NCBI GenBank assembly: GCA_004431415.1
Contig: QPMI01000190.1
Span: forward strand, 124,001 to 188,000
From: Cyanophora paradoxa CCMP329
Lineage: Eukaryota; Plantae; Glaucophyta
Length of the DNA stretch: 64,000 bases
Reading direction: 5' to 3'
Shown one piece after another: positions 1 to 13,547 of this stretch (position 1 is its first letter; every line of letters starts with the position of its first letter). A program made the position numbers and the translations under genes. The notes under the pieces are model-generated. The model was given only the letters and a program-made list of their open reading frames with translations. It was not told the origin of the DNA and made no database searches.

Positions 1-1157
1 GGGCGCGTTGATGGTCAGCGCCCGCACGCGCCGCTCCAGCTCCGTGGTCAGCTCCGCCACGACCTGCAGTCGGGCGCGGTCAGCGCGAGCGCGCGAGCTT
101 GCGCGTGCGGGCGGGCGGCCTGCGAGCTTAGCGGCTCGGCGGACCTTGCGAGGCTCGCGCTCGTAGGCGTCGACGAGGGTCGGCGGCAGGTCGACCGGCT
201 TCCCGATGAGGAGCACGCCCTGGGCCCGGAACCGGTGGCCTCGGATGTACGTGAGCCCGCACGGCACGATCTTGAGCCCCAGCGCCGTCGGGCTCGGCGG
301 GTTCGAGGGCGATTTGCGCTCGTCCACCATAGTCCCGAGCGCGATCCGCGCGCAGCCTGCGTCCGCTCAGCCGCGCATCCTCCGAAAGATGTGCGATGCC
401 GCGACGCGCGCGCACCGGTCTTGAAGGGCTGCAGCTCGCTCTTGTCGTGCGAGATGCTGCGGGCTCTTCAGCGGAACTCCGTGCGGGAGGACGGGGAGCG
501 CGCGCACCCTTCCGGGAAGATAGCTATGCACTTCCCTTGCCGGAGGCTCTTGTAGATCTCGCTGAAGGACCAGTCTGGAAAGGTGACGGAAAGGTCACTA
601 CCGGACGGACCAAGAGGCGAGAAGGCTCGACGCGGGAGAGCCGGCGGCTCACCGTTGTTTTGTTCCTTTCCTTCGTAATCAAGTCTCCGCTTGATCGGGA
701 TGGCGCCGCATCCTTCCACGAACCAGCCGAGGATGGGGACCCGAAAGAGCGTGTCCTTCGCAATGAAGTGCACATGGCGGTTGACAGCGCTGTACAAAAA
801 GAGAGCATCGACGAGCCCATTGATCTAAAACTCAGCGTTAGCGGCCCGCGCGAGGGCGAGCTAGCAAGGAGCCCGAAAGCGCGGGGGCAACGAACATGGT
901 TAACTGCTAGGATGACAGGGTTCCCGTCCTTTGGTATATTCTCGAGGCCGACCTGAGCGCGGGGCGGTCGGCAACGCTTGCGGCAGGGCTCGAATTCGCC
1001 GAGCGCACCACCTCAGTGTCGCGGAAGAACAGGCGCACGATTAACCTGCGCGGCCCGTGAGGAGAAGACTCTGGATTCGATAGCGCGATAGCCCGCACCG
1101 AAAGACGAAGTCAACTATCGGAGCGATGACCTTCAGGCCCCATGCGCAGCATGCCAT
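1..1157 (-). CDS. Glycerol-3-phosphate/PlsC-family acyltransferase (Sct1/Gpt2-like), spliced, 3' part runs off the window
   Basis: Spliced reading MACCAWGLKVIAPIVDFVFR|LIVRLFFRDTEV|VGLENIPKDGNPVILAVNH|INGLVD...HFIAKDTLFRVPILGWFV...PIKRR...IAIFPEG contains the acyltransferase motifs NH(X5)D, F-AK and FPEG; GT-AG introns. Confidence 0.85.
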
Positions 1158-3562
1158 CGCGCCGCAGGTCTAAAAGCCCCGCAGGGCGAAAGCAATCGTT
1201 TAGGTTGATCCAGTCATGTGCTGTGGCGCTATCCCCCGTGCCTGCCCCGCGCTCTCCGACAGAGTGTACCCCCGTCTCCAAAATTCAGAATCCACATTCC
1301 AATTTCGCCCTTTCTTTCGAACGGGACGCGTACGATGCAGACGATCGGCGAGCGGTGCGCTGGCGCGCTCCGCCTCGCCGCATCCCCGCGCTGAGTTCGC
1401 CTCCTGTCGTCAGGTTGCTTCCTCCAGACACTCCTGCGCTTGACGTGAACAAGCGCGCGCACGCGGAGCGCGACAGGGAGCGCGAGTCTCCGCGTGAAGA
1501 GCTCGATGCGAACAAGCCAGCGTCGTATCCCTTCTTCTCAGGCCAGCGCCGCCCCGCGCCCGCAGGCCGCAGGCGCAGCGAGCCTGAGCAAAGAAGCTCT
1601 CATCGCATCGCAGAAGCGCGCGCCGCGACGCCGGAGCGCGAATCGCCCTTGAGCTTTGCGCCAGTGCCCGTCGACGTCGCGCGGGAGCCCGAGGCCCGCG
1701 CGACTGAGCAGAAGAGGGAGCCGGACTCGCAGATCAAAGAGGCAGGCGAAGAATCGGCGGCCGTGAAGGTTGACGAGACTGCATCCCGGCGGCCACCCCC
1801 AGCGGCGGCGCGCGAAGCGCCGAACGCTGAGATGCAGCACCCGCACCGCCACGGCGAGCTCGTCACGCGCGTCGTCGAGCAGCAGGTCCGACAGCCGCGC
1901 GGCTCGCGCAGCACAGCACCTCACCGCCGCGCCAGAAAGTCGCCGAGGACACCTTTCTGCTGTCCACCTGCATCCTCGCGGTGCGAATGCCTCTCCGCCG
2001 CTCCGGTCGCGCGGCGCGCCGCAGCGCGACGCAGTCGTGACCCGGAGACGTCGCTCCCGGCAGGTGATTCTCACGCTCGTGACTCTGTACGCGGGCATGC
2101 AGGGCGGCACGCGGGAGGCCGCGGCGGGGCGGCACGCGCCGATCGCCGTCGAGGCGCCCGTCGGGGCCGCCGCGCCCCTCGCCGACCTGCTCTCCACCGC
2201 GCGCGACCTGCAGCGCGCCAAGGAGGCGGTGCGCTCGGATTAGATCAGATCGGATTAGGGGCGGCTCCGATGCCGGCGCAGGTGCTGCAGGAGCTCCCGC
2301 TTGCGACGGGGGCGGCGCTGCAGCGGGCGCGGGCACTGCTGGACGGCCTGCGGGCCTCCCCCGGCGCCCCGGGCGAGCTCGCGCACACCCTCCGCACCGT
2401 CGCCGCCGGCCTGCAGTGCGCCCCGCTGACTCCACGCTCGAGCTCGACGTGCAGCTCGAGCGCCCGCCCGAGCGCCCGCCCGCGCAGGGAGCTGGCTCGG
2501 GAGGCGCGGGACGTCGAGCCCGAGGCGGCGCCGGGCTTCGACGACACCATCAAAATGGCCCTCCACACGCGCGTCACCGCCCCCGCCGGCCTCGCCCCGC
2601 ACCAGGCGCCCCCGCTCCTCCCCTCCCGCCTCGCGCCTGCCCTCCTCTCGCGCTTGACTCGGCGCAGGCGGCGGCGACGGGCGTGCAGGTGGCGGAGGAG
2701 CGCACGCACTACACCGTCTCGCTCCTCGCCCCCGCCCGCCTCCTCCGCGGCGCCACCGTCCGCCCGCCCCGCCCCGCCCCGCCCTCCCGGCCCCGAGGCC
2801 CCGCCCCAGTGATCCCCGCACAGATCCACGTGCAGGGCGAGTCGCGCACCGCTCGGATCTGACCCGAGCGCACCTGAGCGCGCCCACCAGAGAACTTCCT
2901 CCTCATCGAGTCTCCGGCGGCGGCGGCGGAAGCGAAGAAGGCGGCCCAGGGCGCTCCGGCCGCCAGCGCGGCGGGCGGGCCGCGCGGGGCGCTGAAGCGG
3001 GCGGCGGGTGCGGTCTTCGGGCGCGCCAAGCACCTCGGGCACCTCCACTCCCCCTCCCCCGACGCCGCCGGCAAGGTGCAGCACGCCGCCCCGCGAGGCG
3101 CCTCCGCCCCGAGCCACCGCGGCAGGCGCTCCACCGCGCCGTGCACGTGCCCGGGCTGTGGCGCGTCTTCCCCCACGAGATCGAGGTGCCGGCAGCCGGC
3201 GACCCGACCCGACTCGATCCGATCCAGTCCGGTCCGATCCGGTCCGAGCGCGGCAGGTCCGCGTGGAGCGGGCGGGCGCAGTCGCCTCGCCCGCCACCGC
3301 CGAGCCTCTCTACCAGCTCCAGGCCCGTATCGGATCCGATCCGACCCGACCCGATCTGATGACCTGATCTGATCCCGTCCGAGCGCGGCAGGTGCGGGTG
3401 CCCCGGCGGGAGGACCAGGGGTACGGTGCGAGCTGGAGCCCCCCGGGATGAGGGCCTGATCTGATCTGGCGCGGGGCGGGGGCAGAGTTCGGGGTCCCCT
3501 TCGAGTTCGACGCGCACGCACACGGGGCCGGGGGCCCCGAGGAGGCCGCCGCCGCCGCCTGA
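1142..3562 (+). CDS. Hypothetical spliced protein; C-terminus resembles a divergent HSP20/alpha-crystallin domain (start uncertain)
   Basis: Chain of GC3-rich exons ending in TGA at 3560-3562; segments VAEERTHYTVSLLAP, NFLLIE, LHRAVHVPG, EIEVRVE, LQVRVPRRE follow the ACD beta-strand pattern by eye. Confidence 0.4.
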
Positions 3563-3713
3563 GGCCCTTCAGGCTTCAGCTTGTGGCTCCAGCATCTGCC
3601 CCCGGGCCCGGCCCCCTCCCCCTTGGCCCGGCGTGTACATCTGTAAATAGACTGTCATTCGACATCGGCACGGCTCCTACTCTTGAACTGCGATTGCCGC
3701 CAGTGCGGGAGTG

Positions 3714-4150
3714 CTAGAGGAGGTCGAGGAGCTCCATGCCGGCCTCGACGGCGTCCTCAATCCTCGACTCGGCGAACTCGCCGCCCATCTCTTTCAGCAG
3801 TTTCCGCGCCTGCTCCGCCTCGCCCGACCGCAGGAGCGTCAGCACCTGCCCGACGGCGAGTTTGTCCGTCACACTTGATCATCGGATCATGATCATGAGC
3901 GCATATGCATGCATGTGGCCTACTACTAGGCTATATAGCTAGTAGTACGTTTCGCCATCGACCTACACGTACGCACCTTGCGCAGCTGCGGGCCGGGCCT
4001 CTTGCGCTTGTCTTTCAGGGCCTCGTATTCCTCCTCGTACTGCTTGAGCGTCGCGTAATCGATGACTCCTTTCACCACCATCTTCCCGCACTTGACGGCG
4101 ATCTTGGTCATGATGTACAAGGCCGGGCCGGTGACGAAGGGCTCTGCCAT
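3714..4150 (-). CDS. Small hypothetical helical protein (about 100 aa, 2 exons)
   Basis: ATG 4150 MAEPFVTGPALYIMTKIAVK...PQLRK | intron gtgcgt...cag | VLTLLRSGEAEQARKLLKEMGGEF...LLDLL TAG 3714; strong GC3 bias. Confidence 0.6.
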
Positions 4151-5201
4151 GTTGAATGGAGGCGAAACACTGAGATGCGATGGGAGGTACGGGCGGGAGG
4201 TTTTAATTTAGAGGATCCGGAGCGCTCAGCGGCTAGCAGCAGCCTTGCAGCCGCTGAGCCTGGCACTGCGGCAGCTGAACTTTTCGGAAGTGCAGCGGAT
4301 CCCGGAGCAGGTACCGGTATGATCTGGATCCCGGATCCCTCGAGCTCAGGCTCAGATCTCGATCTGGACTCTGAGACGTCATTCCGATGATTCGGCGTCG
4401 TGATCATACGCTCAGGCGTCATTCGCTCAGGTGTCTGAGGCGGCGTCCGGCGTCATCCGTCAGAGTCATCCGGCTCATATGACGACGGCTCATATGCATG
4501 ATCATTTCAAGTCACTGAGTCCCAGAATCAGATCTAGAGCCTTCTCATCGCTTCGGCGACCGCCAGGCCCTGGTACCGAGTACTCCGGGGCAATCGCTAG
4601 CGCGAACCGTCGGACGACGGACGCGGCGCCGGCGATCGCTTAAAAAAGGCCCCGGCCCGATCCGAGCCCATGGCCGGCGGGCATAGTGAACATAGTGCCA
4701 AAATGTCGCCCCGAAATCACGGTTTTTAGAAGGATCGGAAGAAAGCGCGCCCAAGCAGGACCGAGGGGCGGTTCCGGCACGTACCTACTGACTCAGAGCT
4801 GCTTGCGCTGGGCCCGCCGGCCGACGCCATGAGACCCGGTTGAGAGCTCGAATCCCTGCGCGCCGCCTTACAGCGGCCGAGGATGGGGCGAAGGCTGCAG
4901 AATTCGATGATGTGCACCTCGGACAAGCGAAAGCGCGTAGCTAGCGCGCCGCCGGCGCCGCGGGTGAGCCGATGAAGCCAGCGATGTGTACTCCTCGCGT
5001 GCGCGGGCGCGGCGACGTCGCCTGCCGGGCGGGCGTGGCGCCGCGGGGCTGAGCACGGCGCGCGCACGGCAGTGCACATGCGCATCGGGCGGTGTTGACG
5101 TTCGCGCGCTGCAGCTGCATGCATGGCGCCGGCCGGGCGCGCGGAAGTTGGTTTTTTTTGCTATTCGTCCCCCTGCGCTTCTCCCCCCCTTCATTCCCCC
5201 G

Positions 5202-5225
5202 AAGTTAGCCACCGGTGGCTAACTT
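5202..5225. repeat. Perfect 24-bp palindrome AAGTTAGCCACCGGTGGCTAACTT
   Basis: Read directly; lies at the edge of the degenerate block, near a T8 run. Confidence 0.9.
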
Positions 5226-8200
5226 GCGATCGAAGGGTACAGGGATCACCCTCCTGAAATTGATCTCTTACAAAACCAACGCTGTCGTAGAACCCTACAC
5301 TATCTGCAAGCGGAATCAGGCAATCTGCAGTCCTACGAAAGCCTTGCACCGCTGCAGGAGCCCTTTTGCCTGCTCTTCGTTCGCGAAGATGTCAGGATGC
5401 CCCGCGCGGGCGCGCGGAACCACTCTGTGGAGGCGGCCACAAATGGTGCGCATGCTGTGGGATCGCGCAGGTGGTGGCCACTGCACACCACCCGGCCCCA
5501 GCGCGGGGAAAACAGGACCTCCAGGACGCGGTCGACCCGGCACTTCGCTTTGAAAGTAGACCCAGCGGTCGTGCGCGCGTTCATCTGGTATGCTGGATCA
5601 GAGAGCTCGACGATCGCATGCACCACCCCTGCAACCAGTGTCATGATCGGCACGCTGCGCAACGACACCGTTACAGATAGAAAAAGGAAAGGAAAGGAAG
5701 AGAAAGTAAGAAAGAGAAGGGGGAAGAAAGACAGAATGAAAGAAAAGAAAGGAAAGGACGCACGGCCAGTGGTCCCACTCCAGGTTCTTGAAGCTCTTCA
5801 GGATGTGCATGATCGCCTCCGGCGTAACGTTCACGTCGTCGAGCCGTCGGACTTCGCATGCGACGGTGCATGCACCTAGGCCTTGCCGGGCCGTGCACGC
5901 CAGGTCTCCGTCGTTGGGTGGGAGTCGGGCAAGAACCTCCACGTATGCGCGCACTGCAGGGCTCGAGGCTCTCGCCCCGCGCACCGCAGTTGCGATTTCC
6001 GCAACGCTGTCGCGCACTGAACGATAGCCGTTCTCCTCCCGCGTCATTGCGGGAAACATGTGCAGCTTCGCCTTCAGGGTGGTGCTCATCTGGTTAAGGA
6101 AGCGGTTCTCGGTGTTCGCGACTCTGCGACGAGAAATCAGAAAAGACCGCTGACAGAGGACATGACGGGCGGGGTACACATACCGTCTGTAGAGCAAGGA
6201 GAGGAGGGGTATTGGAATGGGGCGCTCGGCTGTTCCCATCCACACGGCCTTGTTCCGTCGCGTGTACGGTGGGCGGACGTACAGCTCGACCTCTTGCTCC
6301 ACCTCCTCCATAATCCCCTGCGCATTTGGCTGCGAATTGCGTGAGCCGCCGCGACGACGATGGCGCCAGGAACGTGCTCACCTCCTGTACTTTGTCGACC
6401 CTCACCTTGAACGCGGTCGCCCCCAGTTCGTCCACCTCCGGATACTCCTCTCCGGAGCTGTGGGATCGGTCCCCGCGGTTCAAGAGGCGGTGATTGGGAC
6501 GTCCGACTTTGCACCGATCTGCTCCAGCGCCGCTGTGACTTGCTTCAGCGCTGGCATGCTGTTGTGTGATACACGGCCTGTCCCGTACTTCTCCTGCGTC
6601 GAAGTTCAGTTCATGTACGTACCCCCCCACGCTCCTTACCCCCCGGGCGCACCACTATCTCGGGCTTGGAGCGTATCCTTGTGAAGGCCTCGTTCTCCGG
6701 GTCCTCGCGATAGACAGCCGCCGGATTCGCGAGCGCCTCGTGGCACGCCTGCCAAGAGACCGAAAGGCAGGCACGGTTCGGTTGTGGGTTAATCGCTAGG
6801 GGTATCGAAGATTCTGTACCTTCAGCGGCCTCGGTGCTGGGTGGGGGCTGCTCCGGGGTCCTCCCCGGCATCCCGCCTTGCCTCCCACTGAGCTCGGGCC
6901 CTCCTTGCATCTCCGTGTTCATCCTCGTCGATTGCCAGTGCGAGATCGACGAGGCCCTTGAAGATGAGCTGGTTGATGGTTGTTGCCCACCGTCGGAATC
7001 GAGCGATGCGGACAAGGCTTGAGAAGAAGATGCCAATGGAGATGCTGCTCGCTGGCCCGGCAAGCAGGCGCAGGACCTCCATCCCACTCGTGCGGATGCG
7101 CTGCAAAGCCTTTTCGTCGATTGGTCTGCCGGCGCCGCTGTTGACGTTCTTGTTTCCTGTTCCCGACTGGCACTTCTCCACCAGCCTCTTGACTTCTTCG
7201 AACTCCGAGAGACCCGCCCGCGCCTTTCTCTTACGCCCCTTCTCTCTTGGCATCTCTTGCGCCAACATGTCCTCCACAGCCGCTGCCGTAAGCTCGATAC
7301 ATGCATGCAACCTGTGACAGGAAGATCAGATCAGAAACGATGGCGTACCCCCCCCCCCCCCGCGGCCCCCGCGCACCAAAGTTGGAGTGACTCGCCTTCG
7401 CTTGTCTGCTGTTGCGCTGACTGAAGTAAGCGGATCAGACTTCGGAGCTGCTCCTTTGCTTCTTCTGTTGTGCCTAGATTTAAAGCTTGCTGGCTGAGCC
7501 CGAGAGTTGCCTGCATGCGTGGCAGATTGACTTGGGCCTGACCATTCTTAACCTGAGCGTGAAGTTGAGCTCGACGAAGTACAAGATTTAGATGAAGAAT
7601 GTCACCTCCAGGAATGCATCAGCAAGAGACTGAGCTCGAGCTGGCTCGCGCTCCATATCTGCCTCTGCAGGTCGCCAGGCAAGAAGTTGTGTGAGCACCG
7701 CTGCAGCTGACCGGATATCGCCATCGACAGGAGCTGCAATGCAGTTAGACCACAACGAAGCGCCACTTAGCAGTCATTCAAATGCAACTCACAGTAGAAA
7801 TCAAGCGACTCGCCGCCTGACTGACCAAAGAAGTACAGCTCGATCCATTGGGAGAGGTACAGCTTCGATTGTACAGCATACGAGCGGCTATCTGCACGAG
7901 GCGCTGCGGGTTCCTGGAACTCCAGAGCCAAGATTACCTGCACACAAAGACACAATCAGCAGATGCAGCAAGCAGCAAGCATGTCAAACTTGCCAGGTCT
8001 ATTTCACGCAATCTCCTCTCACGGGCGTAGATCTTGTTCTTGTAGAACCACTTGGCTCGCTCCTTTAGCCAATCGTGATGCTTGTCTCGCATTTCCTTGT
8101 CCACTTCGAATTGCCCGTGCTCGCCTACAGAACCAAGGCCAAGAAATGCGCACTGCATCGGCATTCAGTACATTCACACGATGGAAGAACAATAGAAGCT

Positions 8201-8754
8201 CACATCAATGTCAATGAGTTCCTCGTAATGCGAAGAACTCTTTGTCTCGTCACCGTTGCCGTCGTTTACATTGCGTGCAGCCTCTTGCTGGCGTGTCGAC
8301 TCGAGCGCCACCTAAGATCATATTCAGAACAGAATCGCAAGATAAGTTGCAGTAAGAACTGCACCGAGCTCAAGAATTGCTTCAGAGCATTGAGCTCGTC
8401 CAGGTCCGGTCCCGGGCCGGTTCGCCGCGAAACCGCACTCGGCAAGACCTAGCCTGAGCTTGAGCCGCCTGTGCTGTTATCTACACGAGCATGAGCTGAC
8501 ATCATAGGTACTCTGACAAATCCGTGCACCAGATCGAGCCAATCAACACAACTTTGAAATATGTCGCCTCGCTGTTCTCCATTCGTTTCCACGAACAAGT
8601 CCCGCAGCGCTTGCAAGGCTTGAGGTGGGGCAAGTTGATGAGAACGCCCTCTACGTAGTGCAGCATGGGGTCCAAAGCTGCACAACATATGAGAGATGCA
8701 GCAGTTAGGCCTCCGGGCTCGTGCACCAACATCGTGGCGGCGGTGTACACTGGG

Positions 8755-8972
8755 TCCGGGGCCGGGGGAGGGGCAGGGCCGGGGGAGGGGCAGGGCCGGG
8801 GGAGGGCAGGGCCGGGGGAGGGCGGGGTCGGGGGAGATGGAGGGGCGGGGCCCGGGGATGGGCGGGTCGGGGGGAGGGCGGGGCCGGGGGAGGGGCGGGT
8901 CGGGGGGAGATGGAGGGGCGGGCCCGGGGATGGGCGGGGTCGGGGGGAGGGCGGGGCCGGGGGAGGGGCGGG
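8755..8972 (+). repeat. G-rich minisatellite (about 17-bp subunits, about 73-bp duplicated unit), G-quadruplex-prone
   Basis: Repeated gggccgggggaggggc(a/g) and gggtcggggggag units. Confidence 0.85.
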
Positions 8973-9887
8973 CAGTACCCCTCTCCCCGCGTCGCACCGG
9001 CCCCGCCGCGCCGGTCAGCGTGGGGACAAGCTCAAGGCTGGAGCGAGCGCCGCCGCTTGCCGTGCTGCCCCCGAGGCCGCCCCCGAGGCCACCACCCGCC
9101 GTGCGGCCCGCCAGAAGGGGATTGGGAGATGAGCTGGAGGTCCACTCCATCTCTTCCTCCCCAAAGAGAGTGCTCCTGGGTCGACATGCTGCGGAGTCGG
9201 GCATAAGACACCGAAAAGCAGCGATCGCTTGGCCAATGAGAAGGCGGTGGACGTCAAGCCCGCGGCGACCGTTAGAACTGAGAACCCAGAAGCGATCGCC
9301 GGCCCAGCAGCTCTTTGTTAGAGGTCGGACTCGCTGGGTATGGCGCCGAACACAAAGCGATCGCCGAGCAATGAGAAGGCTCTATGCGCGGGGCAGATCT
9401 AGCGATCCAATTGAATAGGGAATCTCTATGCGAGCAAGCTCGCAGCGCTACGGGAGGCGGGCACGCACTGCAGGCGTTGGCGTTGGCTGGTGCGACGAAC
9501 TTGAAGCAGCTCCTGTGCAAGCGATCGCCGGTCAGAGACCGTCCTCACGCCGGGGCTCACGGTCGGAAGACTCGGGAACTCGGTGACTCCAGAAGCGCGC
9601 CAAGCGGCCCACTGGACTCCATGTGCACGCGCGCTCCGGATTCCGACTCTAATTTCCGAGGACCGAGGCTCGAAGCGGCTCAGCGGCTCTCGAATTCGAC
9701 TTATCGAATTCGGCTAGTTGTTGCAAATGCGACACTTGATCATCCATAGAATTCATTGTGGCATTAAATATTGTAGCTATATATAGGCTGTACTGGTGGC
9801 TGACTGTACTAGGCTAGCGAGCCTCTGCAGCTGACTCTGAGCTGAGATGCAGCCTGCAGCTGCCAGGCTGGCAGGCAGAACACTAGC

Positions 9888-12800
9888 CTAGAAGGCGGCA
9901 GTGAGTGCAGCGATGATGTCGAAGGCCACCTCGCTCTCTGCCACGGGGCCGGCCCCCGCCCCGCCCTCCCCTCCCGCTGCCTCATCCTCCTCCTCCGCCT
10001 CGTCCTCCGCCTCCTCCCCGGAGTCCCAGGGCACGGGGCTCGCCGCCAGGCCCCGCCCCGCCCCCGGCCCGGCCCCCGCCGCCGGCTCCCGCCAGGCCGC
10101 TCCTTGGGCCGTCGCGGCCGTCCCGAGGGGGAGGACGCGGGGCGGCCTGGGGCTGCAGAGGAGGAGGCGCCCGGCGGCGGAGGCGGCGGGGAAGGCGGCG
10201 GGGAGGGCGGCGGCGGCGGCGCTGGGGATGCGGATGAAGCGGAGGTGGACGGCGGCGGCGGTGGGGCAGAGGGCCGGGGCGAGCTGCGGGGGGGCGGGGG
10301 CGAGGTGGAGGGCGTGGTTGGGGAAGGAGAGGGAGAGCTCGGCGAGGCTGCGCGGCAGGCCCCGCACGAGCGAGATGTCGAGGCGGCGGCGGCGGCGGGG
10401 CGGCCCCGGGAGGGGGACGATGGGGCGGCGGGAGAGGGAGAGGCGGGCGAGGCGGGGCGGCGGGGCGGCGCAGAGGGCGGCGAGGGTGGCGGGGTAGAGC
10501 CAGAGGAGCTCCTCGAGGGCGAGCTCGGCGAGGCGCGGGCAGGCGGGCCCGAGGGAGGCCAAGTCCAGCGGCGCCGCCTCCACCACGTACGGGTCCACCA
10601 CCTGCCCCGCCCTCAGCCACGGGCGCGCGCGGGGGCCGGCGGCACGGGCGCGCCTCCTCGGAGAGGACGTGCGGCCCCGCGGAGGAGGCGAGGGTGGAGA
10701 CGCGGATGAGGTCGAGCGCCTCGAGGAGGGGGCAGCGGATGTCCAGGCGCAGGCGGCGCAGGTGCACGCCGTCGAGGCGGAGGCAGCGCAGCTGGCCGTG
10801 CGCGAGCAGCAGGGTGCCCCCCTCGGGGGGCCCCTCCAGCTCGAGGCCGGCGAGGGTCAGCGAACCAAGGGCGGGGCAGGCGGCCGAGAGGGCGGGGCCC
10901 TGGAAGGGGTCCACGTCGCAGGGGGCCAGCCCCGAGGCCGGGCCCGGCGGGGCGGTGACGGCGAGGACGAGGAGGGCGTGGAGGCGGGCGAGGGAGAGGG
11001 AGGGGCTGGCGTGGAGCGCGAGGGCGCGGCAGGGGAGGCCGGAGACGACCTGCCGCCAGCACCGCACCGCCTGCACGCTCTCCAGGCGCGGGCAGTCGGC
11101 GACGGCGAGGAAGCCCTCCGGCTCGTCCTCCCCGGCGAGGTCTCCCAGCTGGGAGCCCCCGGCCCGCACCGCCCGCAGCCGCGGGCACTCTGCGGGGGCC
11201 CCCGCTCAGCGGGGGCGAGGCGGGGCGGGGCGGGGCGGGGCGGGGCGGGGCGGGGGCCGTGCCGGCGAGGGCGAGGAGCTCGATGCCGTAGGGGAGGTCC
11301 TCGAGGTCGAGCCCGCCCCGCGTCCGCTCCGCCTGCGCCCCGCCTCGCCCCACGGGCCCCGTGCCCTCCCCGCCCCCCGCCCCCCGCGCACGGTGAAGAG
11401 GTCGAGCTCCTCGAGGAGGGGCGCCCCGCGGATGTCGGCGGGGCCCTCCACCGGGCACGCCGCCGCCCCCACCCGCAGCGAGACGAGGCGCGCAGCCAGC
11501 GAGGCGAGCGCCGCCCCCGTCACGCAAGGCACCACGTCGACCTGGCGGGAGGGGGCCGGGGCGGGGAGGGAGCGGGTGGGCGAGGCGGCGCGCGGGGCGC
11601 TGCGGGCGAGCGAACGTCGAGGTGGCGCAGGTTGGAGAGGAGCCCGTCCCCCATCTGGCCCCGACGCCCCTCGCGCGGCGAAGGAGCGGCGCTGCGCGTT
11701 GCGCGCGCGGCGGGGCGCGCACGGCGGCGGCGAGGGGCGCGAGCACGTCGTCCTCGCCCTCGTCCTCCTCCTGCGCATGCGCGCCGCCCCGCGCGTCGGC
11801 CGCGGCGACGGGCGGGGCGGGCGGGCGGGGCCGGGGAAGGGCGCGGCGGCATCGATATCGACGTCGACATCGAAGGCGGGGCGGGGGCGGGCGGAGAGGT
11901 AGGTGGAGGGCGGGCGGGCTCGGGGGCGGGGCACCTCGCCGAGCTCGAGGTCGAGGGTAAGGGAGGCGAGGGCGGGGAGCGCCGCCAGCGCCCCGCCGCC
12001 CCCGCCCCGCCCCCGCCCCACCCGCACCCGCGCCTCCCGCAGCGCCCCCCGCGGCCTGCCGCCCCGCCGGCGTGAGCGGGGCGGGCAGGGCGGAAAAGGG
12101 GGATGAAGAGGGGAGAAAGAGGAGAGAGGAGGGCGTGGGGGCCGGGGTGGGCGAGGGGGAGAAAGGCGGGCGGGGCTGGCCCGCAGGCGCGAACGAAGTC
12201 GGGGAGCTCTGCAGCGCGCGTCGACACGGCAGAGCGGCGGCACCGGAGAAGAGAAGACCGCACCGTCGTCGCGGAGAGCGACGGAGACGCGCCGGAGCGG
12301 GGCCCAGCAGCCCTCGTCAGCGGCCGCCTGCGGGGGAAGCTCAAGGGAGGAGGGGCGGGAGGGAGGGGCGCGGGGCGGACGAGGCCCATGCCGCGGTCGG
12401 TCCCGAGGGACGCGTCGAGCTCCGTGAGGGACGGCAGCTGCCGGCAGATCGCCTGAAGCGTCCAAATCCAAGGCTCAGGCGGGAGACTGCACAGGGGGGT
12501 ACGCGAGCGGAGGCACCTCGAAGCCGGGCGGGTCGGGGGAGGCGGGGAGGGGCTCCGCGGGCCGCGGCACGACGTCCCCGGCGGCGGTGAGCTCGAGGTA
12601 GGGGCGCTCGCCGTGCGCGTGCGGCGGCCCCGGCGCGGGCGCGTTGAGGGGCGGCGGGCGGGGCGGCAGGGCCGGCAGCTCGACGTCGTAGCAGGGACGA
12701 CGCGGAGGCGCGCGAGGGACGGAAGGAGGGGCGCCCCCGCGGCGAGCGCCGAGAAGAGCGAGAGCCGCTGCGCGTCCCGCGGGGCGACGCCGCGCAGGGC

Positions 12801-13357
12801 CGGCTCCCGCAGCTCGAGCGCCGGCAGCGCGATCGGGCGCCCGACCCAGAGCAGCAGCCGCGCCGCCACGTCCGCCTGCGCCCAAGGCCCCCGCGCCCGG
12901 CTCCCATATCAGGCAGAGGACGCGCAGCGTTCTTAGCGGGGATTCGCACCTGCGTCCCACGCAGCGCTTCCGCCGCGGCCGCGCACTCCCACACGCGCGG
13001 GTCCTTCGCAGCCCTGTGCGCGCGCCGCGTCACCGCCTCTACCGAAACAAGCGCAAAATCTGCAAGCCGCGCGCACGCTCTCCAGGTGCGGGAGACGGCT
13101 GAGGCCCGCACGAGCCAGAGGGCGCGGGCGAGGCCGATCGAGCGCCCCTCCGCGATGCCAGGGGCCAGCTCAAGGGCGCGCTGCAGCACGAGCACGTGCA
13201 CGTCGAGCGGCAATGAAGTGAAGCCGGATGGACCGCGCTCCTCGCACGCTGCGGGAACACGAAAAGCGCCACGCACGGCTTAATTCGCGAGCTCGACATC
13301 TTAATAGCGCGCTCGCCAACTCGCACCGTCTGCGGATGGCGCGGGGTCGATTTCCAT
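9888..13357 (-). CDS. F-box / leucine-rich repeat protein
   Basis: MEIDPAPSAD|ACEERGPSGFTSLPLDVHVLVLQRAL...LVRASAVSRTWR (F-box pattern) followed by LRR-like units (CPRLESV, CPALGSLTL, CPLLEALDL, CPRLAELAL). Confidence 0.7.
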
Positions 13358-13547
13358 GGTCACGATCGAAATGCTGTCCGGTGCGAGTCGAACCCAAGGC
13401 TCGTGCTAGGTCCCCACTCTTCTAGGAAGCGATGCCCGGCTGACACGCGAGGCCTGGGCCGAGGAGCTCTCCCGATCCACCCGAACGAGCTCGAGATTCG
13501 GAGCTCGGAGCGCCCAGGCTCGGAGCCCAGATTTAGCGAGCGCCGCT

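Larger units (their letters stand above)
5150..9700 (-). pseudogene. Lower-GC block of degenerate, intron-containing, frameshifted ORFs of unknown origin (possible transposon relic)
   Basis: Weak codon bias relative to neighbours; minus-strand exon-like pieces with stops or frameshifts (e.g. EKYGTGRVSHNS...TAS* then EEYPEVDELG...); no recognisable catalytic motif. Confidence 0.3.
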
